A stretch of DNA of 64,000 nt, taken from the NCBI RefSeq assembly GCF_009914755.1, contig NC_060925.1. The stretch is one strand, 5' to 3'. The stretch is from the human T2T-CHM13v2.0 reference genome, Homo sapiens. The first letter of the stretch is position 1, and each line of letters opens with the position of its first letter. Position numbers and translations under genes: made by a program. This document shows, in pieces, positions 18,261-32,121 of the stretch. The notes under the pieces are model-generated. The model was not told the DNA's origin. It ran no database searches and saw only the letters and a program-made list of their open reading frames with translations.

Positions 18261-19775
18261 ATGTCTAAACCTGTCCTTTTCAGGAAACAGGAGTCCAATC
18301 CTTGCCTCCATGGAGAAGACACATTTTCTCAGCCTTGAGTGGTGAGTTATGCCCGCTATGTCCCCTCACACACTCACCACAGATACTCTGAACTCCAAAG
18401 GAACTGCTGTCTAGTGAGGAGCTTGCTAAGGTAAAACACATTCAGGACTGGAATTAGGAAATGGGTTCTAGTCCTGGCTGCCTCATTAACCACCATAGTG
18501 GCCTTTAGCAGAAATACTAAACCTCTCTGAACCTCAGAGTTCCCTGTCTCTGCAATGGAAATACAAACCCCTGTACTTCCAAATTCACAAAATAGCTGTG
18601 AGGATTACATGGGATCATTGTAAAAGTGTATTAATAATCTATATACAATGTAAGTCTTTGTTACAGGCTGCTGCCAACTCCTGTCCTTTTGCTACACAAG
18701 ACAAACAGGAGAATCACTTCGAAGGCTGGAGGACCTGAGATCTCTCAGCTTCTAGTACAGATGGACATGGACTCCTACAAAATCCTCCCTGCAGAACTCC
18801 CTGCCCCCAAAATTGTCCCTTTCAATCCAGTCTTCTCACTGTGGCCAGAGGATTATTTCCAAATTTTTGAAATCTAATCATGCCGTTTACTTTCTGCTTA
18901 AAAACTCTTACCAAAAAATATATATTGAAATAATAAATGATGCAGACCTTGCTTCTTCTGATCCAGGGACAGAAGAATGTTGGGGTGATCATCTAGTAGT
19001 CTTCCTCTGGTTGAGGCCCAAGGATTAGGAGTCAGGCAAAATAAACACCAGATCTTAGCTGATGGAAGATTGGTGAAATTGTATGATGTACAGAGTAGGA
19101 ATTGGACACTATGCTATGTGGAATAAATGCAACCATTCAGAGGAAGCCCAGGACATCTAAGCCAACTGTGAGGCAGGTTCAGTCAGCTGGGCAAATAACA
19201 GCAACTTCGGCAAGACCATGTTCCAATGGCCCATCAAGGGATGAGGCTCAGAGGAAGCCTGAATTAGAAACATTTGCCTTTTCTCATTAGGCCCAAGAAA
19301 GTTATTCATTTTGTTTTTTCTAGACTGTTTTATTTGGCACATCTTGAGTGAAATGGCATTCTCTTTTCCCAAGGTGCTTGAAGCTGCTTGTTTGTTTTTG
19401 CAATTGGCCATTTTACAAGTAGGGGTCATGAGCACTCACACTGAGACCTGATGCCACCGGTGAGCACGTTATTCTGCTAAAACACAGGACTTGGGTAAGG
19501 TCAGCTGCATGGGAGATAGGCTGTGCTTGAGGATGGCAATGTATTTCCCACCTCTATCACTGATGGCTACTGTTTGTAGCTCTGCCAAGCAGTCTTCCAA
19601 AGTCCTCCTCCTTTGCGGTGCACAAGGATCCCTAAGTCAACTGTGAATTTGTTATTGATGCCTCTTGCATTCCCAACAACAGTCTCTATCAATGCCAACT
19701 TCTCCTTAAAAATCCCAATGCTCCAAGTCTCCCATCGAGTTAGCTCTGAAAGAAGCTAAGCTTATGTCTTCTAAG

Positions 19776-19898
19776 TAGGGTATCAGATGTCTTCAGTTTA
19801 TTTTACACAGTCCTAGCTTCACTTGTACTGATATTAACAGTGCCTCTTTTTCTCTCAAAATTGTCCTTGCTTGGATGACAAATTATAAACACACCCTA
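19776..19898. mobile_element. hAT-Blackjack MITE (MER81/MER94-like)
   Basis: Termini TAGGGT...ACCCTA; internal 'ctctcaaaattgtcc..ttggatgacaaattata'. Confidence 0.55.
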
Positions 19899-20008
19899 TT
19901 TTCAAACTATGTTTTTTAAACTGATATTAACAGTGCCTCTTTTTCTCTCAAAATTGTCCTTGCTTGGATGACCAATTATAAACACACCCTATTTTCAAAC
20001 TATGTTTT
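19827..20008 (+). repeat. Tandem duplication, period 93 bp
   Basis: 19827-19915 vs 19920-20008 differ at one base. Confidence 0.95.
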
Positions 20009-21643
20009 CAAAAAGAGATGGTATCATTCTTTTTGAATGATACCATCAGAAGATGCCAGAGCAATATGTTTTCTTAGGCAATAAGTTTGGAAAACATCTC
20101 TCATTTTGTCTTAGAGAATCACAACTTATATTAGCAAATTAAGAGCTCTGAGAAGTCCCTGCATAAATATGTCTGCTTAACTTTGTTAGGCCCAATGTTC
20201 CCAATATTTATTAAACCACAGCCCTTGATTTTTGATAAACACGTATCAACACTTCCTTGGAAAACAGTTTGGAAAACACTTCCCTGAAATGTAAGAAACT
20301 CTATGTGCTTCTCCTCTCAGAATTTCAAAGAAATCCTTCCAAGAGAAGCATATAATCATCTGAAGGGTGGATAATACCCTCTGCAAATTATCCACATTGT
20401 TCATAACGATATTTTTTTATTAAAAATCAGACAACATGATCTGACCCATTGATCTGACATGGCCTAAAAATGAGACAAGATCTTTGAAATCAGGAGAGAC
20501 CTAAACAAATCTAAGACATCTATATGTGGTCCTGCCTACATTCCTTTCATGGTAGACCTCAGGCCAGATTTTTTCAACCCCTCAGAGGGAGCTCTTACCA
20601 CTAATATGTCCAGGCTTATCTCTGAAATCCTCCTGGGACAGTAAAGTGATACTGTTATTCCACCAGCCTTGCCTGCTCTACCATGCAGCAGTCAGCCACT
20701 AAAAGCCTGAGTGCTCAGGCACAAAGGCAGGCCACCTTCCATGGGGTCATTTGGTAGAGACCACCTTCCATAGGGTCATGGCAGCCCCCTCTTTGGTTCA
20801 TGGGGTAAAGATATGACTGACTGGATCTCACCCACCCATCCTCTAATCTTTGCCATGAAAACAAACCACACCTTGTGTACTTCTGACAAATCTGAATTTG
20901 AAACAGAGTTAAAGCCTTATCCCATCGTGCAGTGCTCAGCATATAGGAGGCATCTGCAAACATCACAGGCTGAAAACTCTTACAGCCTAGAGAAATGGAC
21001 ATTTGTGTTTTCTTTACCATAAACCTAGGGTTTTTTCTGTCATATCTTTTATTTCTCCACTCAAAAGATCTATGCTAACGAAGTGTTTTTGGTTTTGAAA
21101 AATGTTTCCAACTTGTTACAGGCTTGGTCATGGTCTTACAAATCATCTTTAATATTTCTCCAAAATCTGAAATGATACTTAGTTAATATGCCAGTATCTT
21201 CCTCTTATAAAATAACTGTCCCATGACTCTCAGCAGGAAAAGTGAAATAGAATTGATTCTAAACACTTCCAGGTATAAACAGTGGATGATATAAATACTA
21301 TAAGCCAGGAGTGGGCCTCTGACAATCCTTAAACTATTCTAATCTGTGGAATTATTTGATGACATTGATTTACCTCATCCTTAGTTCCAAGACATGGGTC
21401 CCCTTTGATCTTTGGGGAAAATTTTTCTTCTCACCCAAACTAGAGACTCAATCAAACACCACTCAAGAGTGACTTTATAGAGCTGGACAGTCCATTAAGC
21501 CATGCTGACTGTATCCTGGCCTTCTGAATATTATCAAAGAATAAACCCCTTATTGCTATGACTCATTCCTGTAGAAATTTCTGGAAAGAACATTGAATGT
21601 AGCTGAAAGTTAAAAAAAAAATTTTTTTTTTAAAGAATTCCCC

Positions 21644-21945
21644 ATCTGGGTGCGGCGGCTCACACCTGTAATCCCAGCACTTTGGGAGGCCAAGGTGGGC
21701 AGATCACCTGAGGTCGGGTGACCACCCTGACCAACATGGAGATACCCCATCTCTACAAAAAAATATAAAAATTAGCTGGGCATGGTGACGCATGCCTGTA
21801 ATCCCAGCTACTTAGGAGGCTGAGGCAGGAGAATTGCTTGAACTCAGCAGGCAGACATTGTGGTCAGCCAAGATTGCACCACTGCACTCCAGCCTGGGCA
21901 ACAAGAGCGAAACTCCATCTCAAAACAAAACAAAACAAAACAAAA
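21644..21945 (+). mobile_element. Alu (AluSp-like) with small internal deletion and (CAAAA)n tail
   Basis: Alu dimer; 'aggtcgggtgaccaccctgacc' lacks several consensus bases. Confidence 0.88.
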
Positions 21946-22400
21946 ATGCCTGTATAACTTTATGAAAGAAGCAAGCATTGTTTCTCCGTGAAAGATGAAG
22001 ACTGAGTATGGTCCACAGTTTGTTATACAAAGACAATGTTTACATTTCCACTGAGGCCAGACTAAGAGAACATGGACTAGGAAACTATTTGGTTCTGTGG
22101 AAAGACCCTGGGAGAGATATTCTGGACATGGGATGATTCATTCATTCACTTCTATTCATCAATCATTAATGAAAATCTACTGTGGTTTACATACCACAAT
22201 ACCCAGGCTTATGGAGACCAGCAAGGACAATTCCAGGCCTTTAAGCTCACAACCACTAGTAGGAAAGACAACACACAGTAGATAATGACTATATGTGAGT
22301 TAATACTGAGAAAGAGGAACGAGGCCCTGAGCAAGCTATTGACATTTCTCAGCAGCAGTTTTAAAAAGTAAGAGTTCCCCACATGAACAAAATAGACAGG

Positions 22401-22954
22401 TGTTAGAAATAGATAATCAGTGCCACGAAGAAATGTCAAAACGGAGACAAAAGATCTCTCAGCCAGGGAATCTTTACTTTCTGCAGAAAGGGTGCTCAAT
22501 CACAGATGGAACAATGGTGAGAGCACACCTGAACAAAGGAAAAGCAGACATATTTATCCCTTACACATTTGGATGGTCCTGACTGCTGTGTCCTGCATCC
22601 ATTGGCTGGGACTGGACCTCACAATCTTAAACTAATACCCGATTTGCTAATAACCTAAAACTTTCCTAAATAGGTAAGTGCAAGGAAGAACAAAGAAGGA
22701 GAGGAAGTTGCTCATGAAAGGTTTAAGGAAGCAATAACATTTCCAAATAAGGAAGGGGCGTAGGCTGTGAGCTGGAAAGTGTCTGTGAGCATGTCCAACA
22801 GTTACATAGGATAGGGCTTAACAAAGAGTTATTAGCACAAAGCAAGGAGGCTTGAAGTAAGTTAGTCTTTAAAAGAAACTATTATTTCTAACACTTATGA
22901 TTTATTCTTTAACAAGAAGGGAAACTTTGAGGAGGAAACTTTTTACTTTCTACA
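22401..22954 (-). mobile_element. ERV1 solo LTR (LTR10/HERV-I family, LTR10C-like)
   Basis: TG...CA termini; reverse complement begins TGTAGAAAGTAAAAAGTTTCCTCCTCAAAGTTTCCCTTCTTGTTAAAGAATAAATCATAAG as in a recalled LTR10-group consensus. Confidence 0.65.
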
Positions 22955-24599
22955 CACGGTATTCCAGGCCAGTTAAAAGACTCTGCAAAAGTGAATACAT
23001 ATAAAACAGTATGGCATTAGTTAGCACAAAGAACAAATGAGGAAGTGGTAAGAGATGAGGCTGGTGCTAGATTGCCCAAAGGCATAAGGGTGGACAATTG
23101 AGGTCCCTACCACTCAATAACTCTAAGACTCATGATCATTTTCCTTCAGGCTGTCACCAGCTTATGTGCCATGAAATGATAGAGTAGCTCTTATTAACCA
23201 TGTCAAAAGCTCAAAGTGAAAGGTCAAATCCAAGCGGGAATGAGGACAATGCTGATGGATTTCCCTGCCTAGTTTAAAAGGATCCGTATGCTCACTGGAA
23301 ACTAGCTGCACTAAGGGCCAGGATAATGTGCACGTATGCCTCACACTGCTTACAAAGAGGCTTATCTAGGTTTTTCCAGACAAATAGATATTTGACCTGA
23401 CAGAAGATGTCCCCAGCCACAGGAGGAATCACATTGGTTTTTTTTGTCTGGCACCCTTAAAGAGGCAATTTGGATCTGAAGCCTCCACAGGCTTCATCTG
23501 GTTAAGTGAAGTGAGTATGGGCTTCTGGTGGCCCATGATGAATGTTTGCCCCATACTTGAAGACAGCAGCACTCCTCAGGAGAGCAGGCTGCCCCAAAAA
23601 CTGAGCCCATAACTAATTTAGTAAGTATGGCTTTATACTGCTGGACAGAAAAGGCAGCAGGGCCTGTACTTTTCCATGAGGTAAACCCCTTCATGTCTTT
23701 AGATGAAGCCTAGGTATCCAGCACCAGAAACACAGGACCTGGGAGGGAACTGCTACAGGCACATCCTGCCCTTTGCCCCTTGTTTTCCCATAAACATTAT
23801 TGGATCTCTTGGGCCCAGAAGTCTCTGTTTTTGTTTAATATGCAAGATGACTTCAAAAGATAGCCAGAGGTCATTTCTACTGCATTGAGAGCCTCTGAAA
23901 GCTAGGGCTTTCTTTTCTACATTACCTCTCGGAACTATCAAGTTTTAGAATTTATTCTTCTAGAAAACGTCCCACAAGCTCAATTTGATTGCCCCATATT
24001 GACGATTCTGTTACCAGGGCTAGGTTCATGAGTTTCACACTCAGGAAGTCCCATCGTTTAATGCTCTGCCATTGTCATCTTGAAATGCTCAATAAATTTG
24101 AACAAGGAGACCCACATTTTCACTTTGCACTATCCTGCATAAGATGTAGTGATCCTGACTGCAACCAATAAAAATATACCTCTGGCTTCGGAGTAACACT
24201 TTTTTTTTACGTTTTCAAAGGGCATTCACACTTGTTATCTCATCTGGATCCTCACAATAAAGCATCCAGAAAAGGAGAGAAAGTGGAAGAAAAGACAAAA
24301 TCATGAAGTTAGAAGAAAGCTGGGTTCCAATCCAGGCTCTGCGATGATTAGTTATGTGAACTTGAGCTAGTTATTTAATTTCTCTGAACACGGGCTTCCT
24401 CTTCTGTAAGACAGCACCTAGAACGTTTAAATTGGTAAGATAATTATGTGAAATCGTGTATGTCTCCTTCTGTCATGGAGACGTAACTGAATAAACCTCG
24501 GTTCCCCTTTGCTCTTCTAGCTTCTCTTTCTGTCCCCCATTTCTCCCAATTTGCAAGATATAAAAGGTAAAGCTGAGCCATTTAGACAATCTGCCAATT

Positions 24600-25027
24600 G
24601 TGTTATTCTGGATCCTATAAAAAGCAGAAGTCAACTTGGGATTAAATGTGCAAAGATTTTATTAGAGGAAACGGCTCTGTGAGAGAAAAGGGAGAAAGAT
24701 GGGAGACTCAGACCAGGAAGCAAGTCTGACCCGGAGTGAAGAAGAGAATGAGACGGTTGGGTGGAAGAGCCCTAGACTGCTGTGCCATCTAAGAAAAAGA
24801 TTCGAGGAGGCTGTTGGGGCCTCTTTGAGCCAGCCAGAGTCAGCTCCCAGCCCCTACATCTCCCAGGAACGGTCCTGCCTCAGAATCCCAGCCGTGCTCA
24901 CCCTTGGCTGCAGCACACATGGGAGGTGTGGCCTTGGCGTGAAGGAGATTTCAGGAGCAGTATCTAGGCCCTTGGTCATTTTCCCTGTATTCGCAAGTCC
25001 TTAGGGTGCATTTTCATGACCACCACA
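24600..25027 (-). mobile_element. Old ERVL-type LTR (LTR16/LTR33-group-like)
   Basis: 'aaaagcaga...gggatt.aatgtgcaaagattttattagagga' start and 'gaccaccaca' end; subfamily uncertain. Confidence 0.45.
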
Positions 25028-26201
25028 TGGAACTTCACATGGAGTTAATAACAAAACCAGATCCACCCTTGACTCTTACCCGCAAGGAATTCAATTATCC
25101 CAGCCTCTTCCTGTGTGAAGTTGTTCTTCAGCCATTGTTTCCCCCAAAAGCAGAACAATGTTCTCTGCTGAAGATGCCTCTGTCCTGTCTCTTTGAGGAA
25201 GTGAAGCTTTTCCCCCAGAATGCTTCTTTCGCTGCGCAAATCAGCTCTACCGGGTTTTTGGAGCCCCGGAGAGGAGACTCATTCAATCAGCCAAATTTCC
25301 ACAACCCCCATCCTGTAAAACGTTAAGGGTGATTCTGAGAAAATTGCCCAAAAGTTAGGTATCTTTTGGCTGTTGTGGTCTCTGAAGTAATTTTTAAATT
25401 AAAAAAAAAAGAAAGAAAGAAAAAGAGAGATGGAGGTGAGGGAAAAAGAGCACTTTCACATCCATTGCAATATTGACACATTACTCTGAAAAGTGGATGA
25501 AGATAGGGCAGGTCATCTTATTATACTCATGTTTTAAATGTGGAAACCGAGTTCTGGAACATTTAAACCACTCGCCTAAGGTTTCATAGCTCATGGAAGG
25601 GAGAGCTGGAACTCCTGCCCACGCCTTCCGCCCTCCTCCGGTAGGACTCAGTCTACACAACACCAGTAAAGTCCATCATTTGAATCATAGAAAATGTTAG
25701 TCAGTTCAGCAAATTGTTATTCTAGCAGCTCCATGCCCCGCCCCTCCTTCCAGCTCCATCCACTTCCTCTCAAGCTCTCTTAGGGCTCTAGAGCCCAGGA
25801 TACCTAACTACTGCCAACATTTGTGGGTGAGAGCTTTTTTAAAAAAAAAAATCACACAAACTTAATCAAGAATTAAGAAAAAAAAACAACAAACTTAATC
25901 AAGTACAAAAAAAACACAAACTTAAGAGCAAGCAGATGGTGGGCAGAGAAGAAGGGGAAGGAAGAAGGGAATAAGAATTCCAGTCTAATAAAAATTTATC
26001 TAAATAAAGGAATGTTTTAAAATTAAATTAAATTTTACTATGTTGTTTTCACGTAAGTGAGGCATTAGTAGAAACTCCTCAAAGATTTGCCTTAAGGAAC
26101 AAAATGATGTATATGTTTCTCATTCATTCAAATGTCCCTAATTTAGTTTCTAATCTTTAGAATAGGGTCTGAAATTTAGTTTGCATTTGTAATACAATAT
26201 T

Positions 26202-26355
26202 AAGAAAGATGGACTAAACCAATTAGTGAGAAAAAAATAAGAATATGTGGAAATTTGCTTGTAACCTTCTTGAATGAAAAACGACAACCATTTACCCCAT
26301 TTAAAAGCACTGATTTATTTGCCAGAAAAGCACATACAAAATATCAGGATTAGTC
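26202..26355 (+). repeat. Copy A of a ~150-bp inverted duplication
   Basis: Reverse complement of 27733-27883 (~92% identity, one 3-bp indel by manual alignment). Confidence 0.93.
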
Positions 26356-26756
26356 ACTAAAAATAGATCCAAAAAGGAGGTGATATTAATCCAGTTCAAA
26401 ATAATAGAATAAAACTAAATTTATTTTTAATAGTATTTTATTCATTCTTAATACCTAATTCAGACCAGCTTGTTTATATCCTACTTCCTCTTTACCACCA
26501 CCCCCACAACTTCACACTTACACACCCTGCCCAGTACATCTAAATTAAAGAAATTTTACTGTGTTCAAATGGTAAATTTGTAGAAGACTGTTTCCAGCCA
26601 TAATGCCAAGTAAGAAAGCAGAGCCCCATGGCAAAAGTTTAAAGTACAGATAGTGTCTTTTTATCCCACAAAATCATAGAACAGATGCTTCTACCCAATT
26701 TGGGAGTTCCTTCAACAATATCCATAAGAGGTACTCCTTTTGCCTGCATAGGAACA

Positions 26757-27170
26757 TTTTTTTTCTTTCAAATTTTTATTTAACATCAAGGGGTTTAGGT
26801 GCAAGTTTGTTACATGGGTAAATTGTGTCTCATGGGGTTTGGTGTACAGATAATTTTGTCACCCAAGTAATCAGCATAATACCCAATAGGTAGTTTTTCA
26901 ATTCTCTTGCTCCCCTAACCCGACACCCTCAAATGCGTCCCAGTGTCCATGTGTACTCAATGTTTAGTCCCCACTAATAAGTGAGAATATACCGTATTTG
27001 GTTTTCTGTTCCTGCATTAATTCACTTAGGATAATGGCCTCCAGTTCCATGCACATTGCTTCAAAGGACATGATCTCATTTTTTAATAGTTGCATAGTAT
27101 TCCATAGTGTATATGTACCATATTTCTGGGTTTTATCCAGTTCACTATTGATGGGCATCTAGATTGGTTC
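26757..27170 (-). mobile_element. L1PA16/L1PB-type 3' fragment, antisense
   Basis: Decayed ORF2 C-terminus 'MELEAIILSELMQEQKTKY..FSLISG' plus 3'UTR. Confidence 0.85.
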
Positions 27171-27599
27171 AAAGAGTTCTTACCAATGCCAGGAATCATG
27201 GCTGTTAATAGAATGCCCCTAGCTTCCAGAAAATAATTTCAAGTCAAGTTGAAATCAACTCATCAACCATTTGAAAGATATTTATCATAGCATCCATGTC
27301 ATCTTATCCTTTCCAGGTTATATATAAACAGTTCCCTCAAACTTACTATGAAGATCCTATTTCATGTATAGAGATCCCATGAAATACCTATGAAGATCCC
27401 ATTGCTTTGAAATATGTTACTTGCCATTATTTTTCTTTAAGTATAATACACAGCTCTGGACTGTGCCACCATTGAATCTGTTTTTCTCCTTCTTCAAAAT
27501 GGGGCTAGTAGTATTTTCTACCTCATAGGTGTATGTTGAACATTAAAAGAAATAGCACCAATTCCTGTTCATTTATGCCTGGTAAAAACAGTTTGTTTT

Positions 27600-28110
27600 T
27601 ACCAGCATCTGTGCTCTGCTCATCCTCTTGGGCACCCTGGAGTCCACGTTCCAGCCTCCCTTGTAGTTAGAAGAGACCATATGACTGACTTCCAGGAAGG
27701 GAAGGTGGGCCTAAGGATATATACCACTTTCAGACTAAGTCTGACATTGTGTGTGTGCTTTTCTGGCAAATAAATCAGTGCTTTTACATGGAGTAAATGG
27801 TTGTTTTTCATGCAAGAAGGTTAAAAGCAAATTTCCACATATTCTTATTTTTTCCCCACTAATTGGTTTAGTCCATCTTTTTTGTGTGTGATCCTCCCTC
27901 CCTTTCTTCATCTGCCTACTGAATGGAAACAGCTCCAAGGACTTACAGGAGGATGGAGCTACAAAATTAAAAAAACTTGAGTCTCCGCATGACTGCATTT
28001 CTTCACCCCCATCTCTCCCTTGACCCATGGTATGCAACAGGGGCAAGAATAAAATTTTACTATATTAAGTCACTGAGATTTTAAAGTTCTTTCAGCCCTT
28101 AGTCTAATGC
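27600..28110 (+). mobile_element. MaLR LTR (MLT1J-like) interrupted by an inverted insertion
   Basis: 'ccagcctcccttgtagttag..gaccatatgactga.ttc' and 3' 'aataaaattttactatattaagtcactgagattt'. Confidence 0.65.
27733..27883 (-). repeat. Copy B of the inverted duplication
   Basis: Reverse complement aligns to 26202-26355. Confidence 0.93.
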
Positions 28111-31100
28111 TGCTATGTATATTAAGCTAATACTTCCATGGAAAAACCGTGTCAGGTAGAGAAATGCTCCATAAATATTAGCTACCATTACCACTAACAG
28201 CACCTCTATCACCACTGCTACTATTGCCACTACCATACACATAGTCTGATGGGAGTCTACTGTATTCTCTTACTTAATCTGGTCACTTCAGCCTAGAATT
28301 GAACCCGCTATTTTAAGAATCACAACATACTTTGACTTGCATTGAAATTCCAGTCAACAACTCCACAAAGAAAGAGAAAAACAGATTTATTTTCACTTGT
28401 GCTTTTTCAACATAGTTCTCCCCTTTTTCTGTACATTCTAAACATTTTGGAATTCAAAAGTAAAAATAAATACACACCTCTGTTAAGTTCGCTAATTTTA
28501 ATTACTGACGCATTTTGAAGACTGTTAACATATTTTTCATCTTGATCCCCTTGTTCAGTGTCTTATTTTCTTCTCTCAGTGATAATATGTTACAAATTTT
28601 TCTGATATGCAATCTACTTCTCCTAAATTGCTAACAAAGATTTTGGTGAAGATAAGGCTAAGTACAAAATCCACTGTAGTGTAGCTCTGGGGGCTCCCTC
28701 GAGAATTTAGAGTGGTCAGCTCATTAACAGTATTTCAGTTCTACAAGCTTGGACTGTATTGTCTTTCGGTCCATGACTCACCATTTTATCCCCAAAATAT
28801 CTTAAAATTTTTGTCAAATGTCCCATCCATAGTATGATTTGCTATGTGATAGCATTATCCTTACCAATTAGCTCAGTATTCTGACATAAAGATAAAATGG
28901 TATTTGCTTGAAATAATTGTTTCTTAATGATCCTGGGCTGACTCCTTGACATCACTGCTGTCTTTTCCAAGTACTCTCAAGTCATCTGCTTACTAATACA
29001 TTTCAGAATATTTCCTGGGTTTCACATCAAGTCTATAGCATTTAAAATTTCTTCCTCCCAACTTCTCTTTCAAAATAATGATGTTTGCCCTTCTCCAATT
29101 CTTCCAGGACTTCTCTCAATATCCATGTTCTTAACAATTACCAACCATTTCCTCATCTCATCTATACATTTCTCTAGTGCCCACATATTTAGATTCATCT
29201 GGGAAGAATTGAGCTTAACGAAATCTGGAGCACCACTCCCTGAGGCACAGAAAGCACTTGCAGCTACAAAATACTGTAACCATGACTGCAAATCATCCCA
29301 GCAACAGGTTGGGAAACTTTATCTCCTTTATGGAGCATCTCCAATCTGGAAAGCCTGCATGTCCGCCCAGCTTTGTGCTGAGGGTCTGCTATGTACCAGG
29401 TATTTAATACATGTAGCACATTTAATCCTAACCACAATGCTGGGAAAACTGAGGTTCACAGAAAAAAAAGTTGACAAAGGTTTTACATCTAGAGTCAGGC
29501 TGAGTCTGGAATCAACCAGGTCTTTCTAAATCCCAAATGCAGATTCTCTCCACTGAGTCACACCTCCCTTTTTTCTAGGGCTCTTATACTCTCTTCTTGC
29601 CTATTGGGGTTTTCAATTCCTGTTCATTTATGCTGTTCTACACTTTCCAGTACTGAGACACTTCTTGGTGAAGGAAGTGGGGATTTGTCAGAAACTGAGG
29701 CCACTTTGCTTCTCCCCTCTCCTCTGTCATACATTATAGGCACTCCCCCAAGTGACTGAGCATATTCTAGCAAAAGAAACTTTCTTATTTTTTCATAAGC
29801 TTCAACTTATTCTACATTTTTATTTTGACTCCATCCTCACCCTCCACATGTAGCCTAAAATCCCCTTGGTCTTGTTGGTGAGCCTTGATTTCCCTGAGTC
29901 CTCAGGATGCGCATTTTGCTCTTTATCCTAAGGTTATCTTTTTTCTATCAGCACTGTTCTTTGAATTCCATTCTCCTGAACATCAGGGCCCTTCCCATGC
30001 CCTCTGTGCAGTCGTGATCTTTAACTAGGAGATTCTTCTCAGTGCCCTGCCCACTCTCCATCAGGGCATTCTATGCCCTAGGATACCCGTAAGCTGAAGA
30101 CACAGCTGTCAACTAACTACCCTTTAGCCTCAGCTGACAAACACTCTAAGTTTCCCTCTACCTGGAGGCATTTTTCATCTTTGGAAGGAACTGAAGAAAT
30201 GAGACCCATTGATTCCAAGTACAATTTCTGGAGAGATGCTGTCTGGTACTGACTCTACCACTTACACTTGGGCAATGTACTTAACTTGGTGAACTTGGGC
30301 AATGTACTTAACCTCTCTGGGCCTCAGTTTATTTATCCGTAGCATGGGGATAACAATTCTTCTAGGACAGATGTCAGCTATTACTTATCGTCAAATCAAT
30401 TTTAATGTTGGCATTTTTGTCCTCTGGTAAATAAAAGAAGAAATAATTGAGGATTGAGAACTCTGAAGTTTGCCACTAAATTTACATCATGTGAGTGGTT
30501 ACCTCTTCCACTTAGCAATAAGCAGCAACATAATTTTTGAGTTGTAAATATCATTACATCCAAGCCAAAAGTTGCAAACTCGAATACCAGTGGAGCAGGT
30601 TACATGACGACTGTCGAATTGGATAACTGATGACACTTTCAAGAGGGCAGCCCTACTTGGCACCCACATAAAACTGTGACCTCAAAATTACCAAATCTTC
30701 CTTTGCATTTGTCCCAAGAGATACCGGAAATCCAGACTTTTATGTAAAATTTCTCAATTTTTAAATGGCATCAAGTTATTTTTTCAATATCTAGCACTTA
30801 CGTACTTACTAACAACATACCACCTGTTGGCAACCTCTGGCTTGCAGCCTGAAGTCTGAAGCCCCACTCCCCTAGTCACAGAACAGACTTGTAGCTACCA
30901 CATGCTGTTACCATGACTACAAATAATCCCAGAGATAGGTCAGGAAACCTTATCTTATTTATGGAGCACCTCCAGGCTAGGAAACCTGCGTGTCCACTCA
31001 GCTATGTGCTAGAGTCACCCTTTTATTTGCCACAGATATTAGTTTACCACAAGGCTACTCTTGTAAGATCCCCCGGAACCTCCAGGTCAAATTCTCAGCC

Positions 31101-31550
31101 CATCCCAAGATTCCAGCCACTCACCGGTGATATTATTTATGGTATCAATTACTAATGCTCCTGAGATTAAGAACCCGGTAAAACAGATGCCAGAGAAGCT
31201 GTTGCTAAAATTGCCTATGTATGGTTAGAGACAAGGAGAACCCCACCCCTGCCCTGGACATTTGTGGAAAAGACGAGGAGGTTATTGGGGCCAGCATCCA
31301 ACGTGTTCACTCTCAAGTCTGCTGAAGCCCACAAGATGATCCATTTGGGGAAACCAGGGCTGGCAGCAGCTGTTGAGTAAGCCTTGCTCATTTTGGGATT
31401 ATAAGAGAGCTGAGGAAGCCTTGATAAGCCGCTAAGAGCAAAGTCTATCTTTGGAATCCTGCATAATTTTCCTGCAGACTTGATCCACAGGGAGCTAGAG
31501 CTAGGGTTAGTTAAAATTTAATGCCTATAGGTAGTCAAAATATATTTTAA

Positions 31551-31764
<214 letters not shown>

Positions 31765-31816
31765 GAGCAAACTAAATGACTATCTGCAGTGAACTGCATA
31801 AAAATTATGGCACATA

Positions 31817-32121
<305 letters not shown>

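Noticed and set aside
21610-21634. A-run/T-run palindrome
   Set aside because: Low-complexity sequence next to an Alu
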